Below, in pieces: positions 45,901 to 56,057 of a stretch of DNA of 56,476 nt. This stretch comes from Chrysochromulina tobinii. Its lineage: Eukaryota. A program made the translations under genes and the position numbers. The stretch lies in assembly GCA_001275005.1 (NCBI GenBank), contig JWZX01002988.1, forward strand, positions 1 to 56,476. The letters are read 5' to 3'. The notes below the pieces were generated by a model that was not told where the DNA came from, did no database searches, and saw only the letters and a list, made by a program, of their open reading frames with translations. The first letter of the stretch is position 1. Every line of letters begins with the position of its first letter.

Positions 45901-46095
45901 TCTGGGGGTCATCGTCAACCGGAAGGACCGCCAGCACCGCCAACACCACTGGAGGAAATGTGGATCGACATGACGCGTCTGCCAGATGCACGGCCTCCAG
46001 GAACACCGCTAACACCATTTGAAGCTAAACTTGAGGAAGTGTGGACAACAGTGTCTTCTACCCAGGTGTGGAAGGACATGTTTCGTCCAGATTGA
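42922..46095 (+). CDS. Ankyrin-repeat protein with three IQ motifs and duplicated coiled-coil modules
   Basis: WTPLFAASARGHTECVALLL, GWTALMTAAQQG, GNSAHALA; AATKVQAIQRGNVAR x3. Confidence 0.85.
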   Translation: MRLFSTKTRQASMAGTSNDTEGTTGAVPTGGVADVAVGRADLMPSESSAISAPSTALRPKGAADGFQIWQHALLGKVAELTRALAEAPAGSIDYKGTRNWTPLFAASARGHTECVALLLLRNADPDIKADTGWTALMTAAQQGFADIASLLVQHGAATDVLNPDGNSAHALAVAAGKSDTASLLLKGRTGAPAAPIDGGSSAIDLATDPATDPAIPLAVEDAASEKAAKEAAAATKVQAIQRGNVAREQQVSTARERAARIEAETHAKAASEKAAKEAAAATKVQAIQRGNVAREQQVSTARERAARIEAETHAKAASEKAAAATKVQAVQRGNVARQAPHARAEGKTAAEKEAAEARAAADKAAAETRAAAVARAAAEEAAAEAKLVAKKEAAEAAAAVTAVGTVNALPDDSWIKAQVSRTGSPARRASPRRKDAQEAQLNQVMYLVMDEATELATRLTQEIADLRGEMAALKAASAASKFAVETPSRPHAAASLRHREDFANAARLEYLTKTVETLAEQIARERAERLTEEIARERAARIAAEELARERAARMAVQAQSSTPPAVPSERAPYTPMQRFAVEPRPVAYASQEHLAALTDLVTKLPPSSSAVGLVANNVRESLWLSHMDAAASEPLLLRQMDRKPGHTGWQPDGKGGWTSPPTAAVAAAAVPAAAAREGASDEASVPSSESAVRTDFETSNLAFSPTGDETQTLAEKINSCSSSTSSPAVARLTQELADLRGEMAALKEASAAASSLVVETPSNPLAAASEEPPAESANAARLDALAKTVESLAEELARERAARMEAEAQAANPVHVAALSTLVTRLSPASPGLVQDAAIPEPLLLLQLDRKPGESIATPTKGRRTDSDNVAWRPDGKGGWTREASSDDALISYHSTIPASGSVWSIDSERVPLALAAEPEFAPHALPLPSPYPSERVPLSAPRRASFSDLLSGSVAPVEVSGDHGHPERPSFLQDVFSRKNLLSGSVAPVESSGGHRQPEGPPAPPTPLEEMWIDMTRLPDARPPGTPLTPFEAKLEEVWTTVSSTQVWKDMFRPD
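43588..43935 (+). repeat. 141-nt (47-aa) near-identical tandem repeat carrying the IQ motif
   Basis: gcctcggagaaggccgcc at 43588, 43729 and 43870. Confidence 0.93.
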
Positions 46096-46373
46096 ATAGC
46101 AGTGACGAGAAGGAGAGTGCAGGAGTTAGAGATTTGTAGCTGACCCAAGCTGTCAGTGCAGGGTCGCTGAGGGACCAGGGAGCGGAGGGGATTCGATTGC
46201 GGATTCTTGATGATACTAGAACTCGCAACTCGCGACATGAAGTCAAGGGAAAAGCACCTATTTGAACGCATCAGTCGAGTCATCACGGGAGTATACTACG
46301 GTATTCACAGCGAACTTGGCAAAGGCACACCACAGTACCTAGTTGTACCTGTGCCGCAGCAATTGAAACAGAC

Positions 46374-49300
46374 TCAAATTCTGAGGTCCGACGACGAGGC
46401 TTCATTTTGCTGCCCTAGACGGGCTCTACGCGCTCGGTCGAGGGCGGCGTGCCAAACTTGGTCTTGCTCACTGGTGACAGAGGCGGCGAGGAGGGCGGCG
46501 GCAGTGAGGGCTGCTTCAACATGTCTTAAGTCGAGCTCGGTCTCGATCGTGACGGCTGCAGGGCTGAGCGCCACCTCTAGCGCATCCGATACAGCGGCTG
46601 GATCCCCTTCCGTCTCATGTTGCTTGATCGCCGCCTCTTCGGCAGGCGTGATCGCAAACTTGAGGGCCTCGTCATATGCCCCCTCGGCTACGTAAAATCG
46701 GAGCGACTCAATGCGCCGCGCCTCCTCCAGCGCGCCGCGTGCCTGGTGGCCGCGAACCAGTGACTGCACCTTGACCGCTGCCATTTTGGCCGATGGGTGC
46801 CACCACTGCTGTCTCGTTGGCGTCCTGCTAACTGCCGATTCCTTCTCAACAAGAGGGTTGAGTTCCGTCTCGGGCTCCTCCTCATCCTCCACACTGTCAG
46901 GTCCTGAGGACTCTAGAGGACTAGAGGACTCCTCGTCCTCATACAGCGCTAGGCCGAGGATGGCGGGCGCGACGTTCAGCCGGCGCACCTCGACGGTCGC
47001 CTCCTTGAGCCAGCCCGGTGTACCGCCCGTCGAAGCAACACGCGTCGATGCGCCACTCGTCGATGCGCCGCCCGTGCTGGCCGAGAATCCCGAGAGTCGT
47101 GCCGGCGTCACGCCAAACTGGGCTTCCAGGTCCCTCTCAACATCAAGGTCGGTCGGTGATTCCTCATCCACTGGCTGCAACGACTGGAGCTCGATGCCGC
47201 TTCCCCCATCCCAAGGACCTGGGATGGATGCTGCCCCAGGATGAACGCCGGCAGGATGGACGCCGCCTCCCCCGTCCCAAGGTTCCCTTTGCGGGGTGAC
47301 ATCGCCTTCCACACTGGTCCCCTCGGAACGAGGAGTCCACGGGTTCGGACTGTCCTCGATCGGAAGGCCATTAAGGCCAACAGCGCGCTTCACACGAGAT
47401 AATGGCGTCGGTTGTGCGGCTTGGCGTTTGGGGGTGACGTGACCTTCGTACGTAGCGCGGAAACGCATGATGGCCGCGGACGAGGTTGGATTGCTGTTGG
47501 GACATCGCAACTTCGGCTTGCGTCCTGATGCGCGCAGGTCGAGAGAGCACAACGAAGTCGGCAAGACCGCTGCTAACGCCCCTGCCCCGATGTCGCCGAT
47601 CAAAGGATTTCCAGACAAATCTAAGATGCGAAGTTGCTCGGCGTATGGGAGAATCTCAGCGAGCTGGACACACTCCTGGTCGCCCCAGCCGAATCCACGG
47701 CACTCAAGCCTAGAGAGCGAGCCGAGCGACTCAGTGAGATGTTTGTGATACAGCTGCAGAGCCACATGCATGTCGGCCCTTCGAGCAAACGGATTGTCAG
47801 CCAGAAGAGCGGAGAGCTGCCCAACAGACGCAGGTGCACGCCGAGGTACGCTGCACTGCTGCACAATTTGCTTCTTCCAGTGCTTCACTCGCTCTGGAGC
47901 AATCTGTAGCGCGCTCAAGTCGAGACAGGTGTGCACCTTCTTCAGAATGGTACACGCCAGAGCCTTTTCGACAGTGAGCCATCCTCTTGCACCGCCACGA
48001 GCCCCATCCGTGCCAGCAATCGCGCCATCTAGAATCCAGACTTCGACGGTTGGATGGGCAAAGATGGATGGTATGCTGGCGATCCCTTGCTCGTAAGTCA
48101 TAAGGACGCGCGGGTCCAGACTGCACACGTCAATAAACACAGCCAATTCCAGGCGTGGTGAGTGAGCCTTACGCGCCTTCAGCAGCATGGCAATCGCGTA
48201 CAGGAACGCTTTTGGCATGAGCATCGCTTGAGCGCTCTGCGCCACAGAACTTTCGCCATCGGGCCCAGGATAGGCAATTGCAATAATCTGCAGTGCAGGA
48301 CTATCGAAGGGTCCGTCGTAAAAGTTGTCCTCACTTAGAGCAAAGCGTGGACAGAGCATGTTCCCGGCGCTCCATGCATCGACAAAGTATTGAGCTTTGA
48401 CCAAACGAACAGGCTTCTGAGCGGGCAAGTCTCGAGAGGATGCGGAGACATTGCCAAGGCCTACTTTCATCGCCAGTTGCTCGTACGCAATCTCCTGTTT
48501 GCAGGCAGGATTCTCAAAGAAGGCTGCGCCAACTCCCTGTCTCCATTGCAGGCTGACGGTGCCACCAATGCTATCATCGACATCAGCAATCATCCTATTC
48601 TCGATGTCGATGTGGCTTAGCCCTCGAGGGCTTTCGAGTTTGCCCTTGTCTGACAGCACAGGAGTATGCCACTGCACAGAGCGTGGAACGCCATCGACGA
48701 GAAGTGTGCTCCCCTTGATGGTCACCTGCTTGCCGATATCCGCCTTGGTGATTGCCGGATATTGGCTTAATAGTCGCTTCCCAGCGCAGCTTGCTGGCGA
48801 GCAGTAGCACCCATAGAAATACATGATGCCACAGCACAGCACCGTGCCAATCACGGCACCCACAATCGCTAGAACAATCGCCACGAACTCTGTGGATTTT
48901 GAGGCGAGGTTGTTGACCAGTGCAGTCATGATCGGCGGTTCCGATGGTGAGGTAGGCGGCGATGCTGGCGAAGAGGGTGGAGGAGATGGCGGGGGCGGCG
49001 ACGGCGGAGGCGAGGGCAGTGGTGAGGGTGGTGGCGATGATGGTGGCGGCGGCGAGGGAGGTGGCGGCGAGGGTAGTGGAGAGGGTGGCGGCGGCGAGGG
49101 TGGCGGCGAGGGCGGTGGCGGCGAAGGTGGCGGAGAGGGCGGAGGTGGCGAAGGCGGCGGCGATGGGGGCGGCGGAGAAGGGGGCGGTGAGGGCGGCGGC
49201 GGCGGTGGTGGTGAACAAGGAGGAGGCGGTGACGGTGGCGGGCTCGGAGGTGGTGGCACCGGCGGTGGTGATGGTGGAGGAGGCGAGGGTGGAGGGCTCG

Positions 49301-50857
49301 GGGATGGAGAGGAAGGCGGCCGCGAAGGAGGTGGCGGCGAGGATGGAGGAGACGGTGGAGGTGGCGAAGGAGGTGGTGGCGAGGACGGGGGCGGTGAGGG
49401 CGGCGGTGGCGTGGGCGGTTGCGAGGGTGGAGACTTATAGCGGGCGCCACAGTCGGAGCAGTCCGTGCCCAAGCCGCACTGCGCCGGCACGCCGTACATA
49501 TCTGTGAGCGAGCCTGGCCCGCCGTCCTGGCACCCGCCGTTAATGGCGAAGGTGCACGAGTCGTCGCACCACATCGGCGGCGGAGGCGACGAGGGAGGCG
49601 GCGGTGAGGGCGATGGCGGAGGCGGAGACGGTGGGAACATGTAGCGTGCGCCGCAGTCGGCGCAGTCCGTGCCGAAGGCGCACTGAGCCACTGCGCCGAA
49701 CCGATCAGTCAGGGAGCCAGGGCCACCGTCCTGGCACACTTAGTTCTGAGCGCGCATGCAAGTATTGGTGCACCACATCGGCGGCGGAGAGGGCGGGGGA
49801 GGCGAGGGTGGTGGGGAGAGAGGAGGCGGCGACGGTGGAGGTGGCAAGGGTGGAGGTGGCGAGGGGGCGGCGGGGAGGGCGGCGGAGGTGAGGGTGGCGG
49901 CGGTGAGGGCGGCGGTGGTGACGGCAAAGGCGAGGTCGGCGGCGGTGAGGTCGAGGGTGGTGGCGGCGAGGGGAGCGTCGACAACCCTTTCCCCAATGCC
50001 ATGACGAACTCGCCATATGCCATGACGATTACGGTTGCCAGTGCCACGGCCAACGTTGCACGGACGATGCGACAAAGTCGCTGCCGGTGCGTCGCCTGCA
50101 CTTTCGAGAGATGAGGCTCGATCTCAACCGCAACATTGAGCCGCGCGACGCCATCGCTGCCGGCGGAGGGGCGGTGCTGAATTGCTCGAGCACGCTTGGC
50201 AGCGTGAGCGGCGGGTCCAGCAGCTTGCTTGGGGGCGAGTGCACCCGGCGCGGCATTTGGAGCGACAGCAGTGGGAGACGCTTTAGGGGCTGCTTGGGGG
50301 ACTTCGGGCACGGGCACGGGCTCGGGTTCTGGCTCTGGCTCGGGCTCTGGGAAGGGTGGCTTCAGGGGCGGGCGAACAGCCATGAGCGGCTTCGGCTTGA
50401 CGGGAAGGCCACAGCGCGGAGGGTCGTCCACCAGGATCGCACTGGTCCGCTCCTCCAGCCTGCACAACCACCGCAACTCGGCGCTCTCCTCGCGCGCCGC
50501 GTCGCGTCGCGGTGAGCGGGCCTTGTTAGAAGGGTCGGAAGGGGCGTCGAAAGTGGCGTAAGGGGCGTCGTCGGAAGGCGGCGGTGCTTCAGGGTCAGCC
50601 TCCGGTTTTGGCGGTGGCGCCTCCTCTACATCCGGCTCCGGCTCCGATTCCTCGTCCTGTGCCACAACCAGATCGTCCATTTTCGTGCTGGTGCGCATGC
50701 GTTCGCTGCGGCTGCGGCCAGTTCGGCTACGCCCCACCGGCGCTAGTTCGGATACGCCCCACCGGCGGCTGCGCCCCACTGGCGCCTTGTTCGGAGGCGG
50801 CGCCGAGCCGCCCTCCACGTCGTTTGGCGCGTCACGCGTCGCTCTTGCAGGCTTCAT
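46374..50857 (-). pseudogene. Receptor-like gene (TM - Ser/Pro stalks + 2 Cys-rich CQDGGPGS repeats - TM - HET-like - LRR - IQ) broken by a frameshift (~49865) and an in-frame TAA (49740-49742)
   Basis: ORFs 49709..50857, 49740..50075 and 46374..49739 read as one protein once a base is added to the G5 run at 49863-49867 and the TAA is bypassed. Repeat 1 reads AQN*VCQDGGPGS, repeat 2 reads AINGGCQDGGPGS. Confidence 0.6.
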
Positions 50858-52328
50858 GGAAGGATGAGATCGCTTGCACTCTGGGAGTGCACCCGTCGCC
50901 GCGACGAGGTCGTGCGCTCTTTTGGACCATGGGAGTCGCCCAGGAAGGAAAGGATGAAGTGAAATTCACTATTGACTGACACTAAGATTGCGAGTACCGA
51001 AAACAAAGTAAAGAAAAAGTTTTTTTTCCCCAGGAATGTTGTTTGGCCAAGATTGCATCAAACATGTATGAATACATGTACATGTACTCCTCGGGAACTA
51101 TCGCAACGAATCCTTTGGTTAGTTATGAAATTTGTAATGAATGCCTTTCACAGTCATTAAAAGTGGGAATCTCAGATTACGTCCCTGAAGTCGGCAATGA
51201 TCGTCAACCTCTTAGCCCTCCTCTCTGCGTGCGCGGGTCGCGCTCCGTGGGTGTCGCGCCCATAACGGGAGGCTCGGCGAGCGCCTCAAGATTCGCATCA
51301 GCTTGCCGATGCACCTAGAACATTCTGGCGCAGCGACGACGAGAAACACACGCACCTCGCCACGCTGGGGCGAAGCCTCTGCGCAGTCTGCAGCGTACGC
51401 CTGCTCACCGTGCCTGCTGCTCGCCGTGCACGCTCTCTCACCGCGCTGTTCCAGCGTCGCTTCTTTTTCTCGCAGATCACCTGAACCCGCGGCAGCCATA
51501 GGTATCAACACAACAACATGGTGCTGAACACCCGTCGCGCACAGAACAGGTCCTGTCGCATGACACCGTCTTCGTCACGCGATGGCGTGTCGTGCGACTC
51601 TTTGCGTTCCCCGATGGGGGCGCGCCATCGGGCGCGCCTGTGAACAGGTTCGAAATCTTCGCGATCTGCTCGTAGACTCGCCACGGACAACTAGAACTCG
51701 TGCAAGGCGATCCTGTGCGCAGCTACGCGTCGTGCCGCCCACAACCGCGCATCTGCTCACAGCGCAGCATACGCTAGTGCGGATTCGCGCATGCCATGAG
51801 CGGCAGTATCGCGCGAATGTTCACGAGCGCGTGCAACGCGTCGACTGTGTCGATAGAGCGTTTTTGTGATTGTGTGTGTAATTATTGTTACCGGTAAGAA
51901 GGACGTCGGAAAAAAAAAAAAAAAAAGTCACGAGGGAGATTGCGAGTGTTGTTATAGCATCCCCTCCTTTCTCATTGTGTGGGTCTCAGCCTCGCGCGTG
52001 CGCCCGCGCTGATCGTGCGACGACGCTGCGTGCGCCCGCGCTGATCGACGCTGATCGGTCGGGTATAGGCCTGTTTCGTGGGTGACCGTCCATGGTGACC
52101 GTCACGCTCACGCTCACGCGTCTAGTAAGGTTCATGAGTAAGATTATATCATACCATACGACATAAATCAGAATCGCGTTATGTGGCACTGTTCCGACTG
52201 TTGTATCCCTATCGCTATCACCACCGCTATCGTCATTCGCGTCGTGAAAGTGTGTGCGTAGCGGGGCCGGGGGTGTACCGTAAAATGAATAGCTGCAGAT
52301 CCAGGCTCCAGCATCGTCCATCGACGCG

Positions 52329-53954
52329 TCAAGCTTTCGCCGTACGATCTGTCGCCCGTGGTCCTCCCAAGACGTCGCGCCATTCGAATCGAGCGTCTCC
52401 CAGTAGGGCGGCGAGCCGAGCATTGTATGGCGCGAAGAAGTCGCTCAACAAGGCCCGTGCCTCGGGCGGCATCGCCCCCTGGGCACGCGTGCCCCGGGCT
52501 GGGTGCACGTTGACGACGCGCTTATCTCCCCAGAAGGTCGCGTTACTTCCAGGGAGCACGCTGATGGGCTGCGCCGCGGCTGCCCTGAGGGCGTCGGGAG
52601 TGAGGGCGTCGCTCACGCCGAGGAAGCTAAAGACCTGCTGCAGCACCGGCGCTGGCGCTCGCCAGTAGTCCTCGGCACGGAGCACCAATAGCTTCTCGCG
52701 CCCAAAGGCGGCGTGCCAAGAAGGGAGGTACGCAGCATAGAGCGACTTGAGCAGCTGGTCGGCATGGTAATAGACGCCCTCATTGGCGGCGGAGAGCGAC
52801 TCAAAGTTGATGGCGCACGACTCGAGCGCAGCACGAGCCTCAGGTCGCCCCTCGGCTGCTGCCTCACCGCCCTCGGCACGTAAGCAGGCCCGGAATGCCG
52901 CCACCATTTCGGCTGCATACTTGCCAAAGCCCGTTTGCGCTGCAGGCCCGAGGCCGTAGCGCCGTCGGTATTGCGGCCAGAAAAAATAGGCTGAGAACAT
53001 GCGCGCGCCCGGCTCACGGAGCAGGGCGATGAGCCGCACGTGCTCGTGCCCGTGCACGGCGCGCATGAGCCAGGGGATGGTCAAGGCTCGCTCACGACCC
53101 GCGCCGATCGAGTCTTCGTACTCGACCTGCGCAGCGCACGCGGCTGGGAAGCACGCCGTGCGTGGAGGTGGCTCGCGGCACGCGCTCTGATTGCGATCCC
53201 ACGCGTGGTGTAGAAGGCTGTGCGCGGAGGACCACGTGAAAGTGAACGCGCCACCAGCCACCTCTCCAAAGAATCCCTCTCGAGCGGCTGCGTCAGACCG
53301 ACCTCCTGCGGCAGTGGACTGTACGTGCGCCGCGCCTCTACTCTCGGAGTGCAGCTCGGGTAGCTCCGATAAGGCGAGTGGTTCCGCGCCCACCCCGCGC
53401 CGCCTTGGGCAGCCGCCGTAGTCACAGCCGCGCCACAGCATCAGCTCCCATGGGTGCGTCTCCGTGAAAAAGTACGGGTAGCTGCCAGTATGACGATGGG
53501 CGGTGAGTGCCTTGGGCACAAATGCATGCGGATGCCTCATGATCCGATCGTATAGGTCGCGCACGCCCGCGTGGAAGACGCCCAGCACGTAAAAATAGGG
53601 CACGCAAAACGACTGCTCATTGGTGGTCGCTCTGGTGCACGGGGTTCGCCTTGAGCTATCGAAGCGCTGGTCCTCAGGCGACGACAACAACGTTTTGATG
53701 CCGTGAGCCGTGCACGCGACGCCGAGGCTGCTGGTTCGACCATTTGGATCACATCCGCGCGTCAGAACTGCGAGCGCCGCCCGGGTCAGATTCGGCACGC
53801 TCTCGGGTGCACTCGCGACCGTTTGCGTAATACTTGGCATGCGATCTGGCATGAGGACTATTTTGGTGCGCTCGCCCGCGAGCACGGAAATGTGGCACAG
53901 AAGAGCCACTACGGTTGCGAAGATGGTGAGCAAGATGATATTTCCGAGCGCCAT
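52329..53954 (-). CDS. Type II membrane sulfotransferase-fold protein (CHST15/HS3ST-like)
   Basis: N-terminal TM; CVPYFYVLGVFHAGVRDLY (5'-PSB position); RLIALLREPGARMFSAY (3'-PB); SLYAAYLPSW..FGREKLLVLRAEDY; LLSDFFAPYNARLAALL. Confidence 0.8.
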   Translation of the reverse strand: MALGNIILLTIFATVVALLCHISVLAGERTKIVLMPDRMPSITQTVASAPESVPNLTRAALAVLTRGCDPNGRTSSLGVACTAHGIKTLLSSPEDQRFDSSRRTPCTRATTNEQSFCVPYFYVLGVFHAGVRDLYDRIMRHPHAFVPKALTAHRHTGSYPYFFTETHPWELMLWRGCDYGGCPRRRGVGAEPLALSELPELHSESRGAAHVQSTAAGGRSDAAAREGFFGEVAGGAFTFTWSSAHSLLHHAWDRNQSACREPPPRTACFPAACAAQVEYEDSIGAGRERALTIPWLMRAVHGHEHVRLIALLREPGARMFSAYFFWPQYRRRYGLGPAAQTGFGKYAAEMVAAFRACLRAEGGEAAAEGRPEARAALESCAINFESLSAANEGVYYHADQLLKSLYAAYLPSWHAAFGREKLLVLRAEDYWRAPAPVLQQVFSFLGVSDALTPDALRAAAAQPISVLPGSNATFWGDKRVVNVHPARGTRAQGAMPPEARALLSDFFAPYNARLAALLGDARFEWRDVLGGPRATDRTAKA

Positions 53955-54180
53955 TGTAAGGTTCGCTCCCCGTGCGGACTTTGGATCAACGGAAAAAAGG
54001 TGGATTCATCACGGAAGTCAGACATATGTTCTGGAATATGGGAGATGCGTAATGGCGCCGAACAAAACGACTTGACTTCTCTTGGCGGCACCCTGGCGCT
54101 TGCGCTTGCTCGACCCTGCGCGCGTCAAGACACACCGAGCTCGGCACCGGACGCCGCTCCTGCGTTCAACGCTGGGCGGC

Positions 54181-55644
54181 ATGCAGTCTCAAGGCGGCGA
54201 GATCGTCGACGCTGACCAAATTTTGAACGGCGTCCAGGAAGTTGGCAAAGTCCTCGCGCACGCCGGTTCAGCTGGCGTGTGCGAGTGGGGCAGCGAGCAC
54301 GTGCATCGAGGCTTCGGCTGGGCCGAGTGGCTTGAGATGGTGCTCGCGGACGTGGATGCGCGTGATACTGGGGATCTGAGCGCCGACGTCGCGAGGCTGC
54401 AGGACAGCTCCTCGGACATGCTGGCCCGTTCCGTGATGCCGCTCACCTTTGAGCTGCTGCGAGGTTCGCGATCGGTGCTGCTCAGCACGCTGCTTCGCAA
54501 CCCGCTCACGAGGACCAGCATTCTGGTCGAAGCTCTGCGGCTAGCGGACAGATCGCCTTTGGCGGACTCCCAGATCGCCGCCGCCGCCGCCTCAGTACTG
54601 CTCCCTGCGGCACGCATCGACGCTGAGCTGAGGCTCCTAGCCATGCTCGACCAAACGACCCGAATCGAGAGCGAGCGAGTGTGTGGCGGCAGCGATCTGT
54701 CACCGGCGACGGAGACGGCGACACGCCGCCCGGCGAGTTCCTCCCAGGTCGTTGGTCTTGGCGAGCTGCTTTGGCAGTCGCTGCCGCACGATGACTCGCC
54801 GGGCCACGGCGGCGCGGTGCTGCCCAGGGCTGCAGAGGATGGCCGCAACGCCCATGCGGACGAGCGACGGCAGCGGTGGAGCCGCCTCATCGAGCCCCCG
54901 CACGTGCACGGCACGCCCGTCCAGCGCGTCGACCCGAGTGCGCTCCAGGTGGCGGCATCGCTACTCCTTCGGTCTTGTGAGCCGCGGCCCGCCCATCGGC
55001 GCACGGACCCGAGCTGCTGGTTTGCGCTGCAACCCTTCCAGGTCGCGTTGACGACACTCCGGGCGGCAGCCGTGGCAGCCGTGGCGGATTCGGGTTCCGG
55101 CGCTGAACTGTGGACCCTGAGTGCAGATGCTCTGGCGGCGGCCTGCCACGTGGAGGTGTGTACGACGGCCATGGTACCTGACGCAGAAGCCGAGAGCTGC
55201 CCGCCGCTGCTGGCAGCATACGCGCGGCACCTCGAGCACCAGCTGCACTTGAGATTCGAGTCGGAGGCTGTGGGGACTGCCCCTGAGGCTGGGCCGCCGC
55301 CGACGCACGGTGCCTTGGGACGAACCTCGATGCCAATGGAGTCGGAGGATGTGGGGACTGCCCTTGCAAAACGGCCGCGGCACAGCTCGTCCGAGGATCG
55401 CGCTCACGACGGCGCCCCGCCTTGCCATGAACCACAGCTCAGCTGGCAAGATTGGTGGGGGAGGTGGGAGGCTCTGCTCAAGCATGGACCGCCGCTCGAG
55501 CCGCTATGTGCAAGTGCTTTCCGCACGGTCTGCAAGGGCCTCGCTCCACAACAGCGAAAGCGGCTTAAGTACCTTGCGCAGTGCCGTTCGTCGTCATCCG
55601 CGACCGCGGCGCAGCTGGTGCTGCGGTTGCGGGCTGGGCTGTAA
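54181..55644 (+). CDS. Probable Fanconi anaemia group F (FANCF)-like protein
   Basis: N-terminal VLA....V.EW....V.RG..WA.WL and F..L....VLL..LL.N, and C-terminal W..W..R..AL...PPL...C...., resemble my recollection of the conserved FANCF termini. Compared by eye only. Confidence 0.5.
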   Translation: MQSQGGEIVDADQILNGVQEVGKVLAHAGSAGVCEWGSEHVHRGFGWAEWLEMVLADVDARDTGDLSADVARLQDSSSDMLARSVMPLTFELLRGSRSVLLSTLLRNPLTRTSILVEALRLADRSPLADSQIAAAAASVLLPAARIDAELRLLAMLDQTTRIESERVCGGSDLSPATETATRRPASSSQVVGLGELLWQSLPHDDSPGHGGAVLPRAAEDGRNAHADERRQRWSRLIEPPHVHGTPVQRVDPSALQVAASLLLRSCEPRPAHRRTDPSCWFALQPFQVALTTLRAAAVAAVADSGSGAELWTLSADALAAACHVEVCTTAMVPDAEAESCPPLLAAYARHLEHQLHLRFESEAVGTAPEAGPPPTHGALGRTSMPMESEDVGTALAKRPRHSSSEDRAHDGAPPCHEPQLSWQDWWGRWEALLKHGPPLEPLCASAFRTVCKGLAPQQRKRLKYLAQCRSSSSATAAQLVLRLRAGL

Positions 55645-55937
55645 GCTCAACGGTACCGGAGAGAGTGAAGTGAGTACGGCTTGGCTGTAGTTCTAAGTGG
55701 TGGTTTCGAGACTTTCGTTCCCTAACGAACCTCTTGCCCTTCGGCATCTGACCGACGCGGCACACCAGACACCTGCCAGCAGTCCCCAGGGTCACAAGAC
55801 GCTCAACTGCTCACAGCCCCCTTCCCTTCGCCCTTCGCGTCGGGGGGTCCGGAGACGCGGATGGGTCGTCTCCTCTCGCCCGATGTACATTTATGTGTAT
55901 GGGTCTAGTGCCTCAAAATGCCAGAATTTCTTTTGAT

Positions 55938-56034
55938 TGAGACGAGTCGTGAGACGAGTCGTGAGACGTGTCGTGAGTCGTGTCGCTCTCCGAAGAGTCG
56001 TGAGTCGTGTCGTGAGTCGTGTCGCTCTCCGAAG
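55938..56034. repeat. Stuttered (GAGTCGT/GTGTCGT) repeat with duplicated gtgtcgctctccgaag
   Basis: Directly visible imperfect tandem units. Confidence 0.85.
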
Positions 56035-56057
56035 TCCGGCCCGGTGGATCTCTCCGC

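Noticed and set aside
49740..49742. Stop-codon reassignment or readthrough of TAA
   Set aside because: Other genes here end normally in TAA (e.g. 33139, 55644), and a frameshift lies nearby.
51910..51926. A17 tract as a retroposon tail
   Set aside because: No convincing target-site duplication, RT remnant or SINE boxes upstream.
51150..52320. Short ORFs between the receptor-like gene and the sulfotransferase
   Set aside because: No recognisable motifs or consistent frame; could be decayed sequence but cannot be supported.
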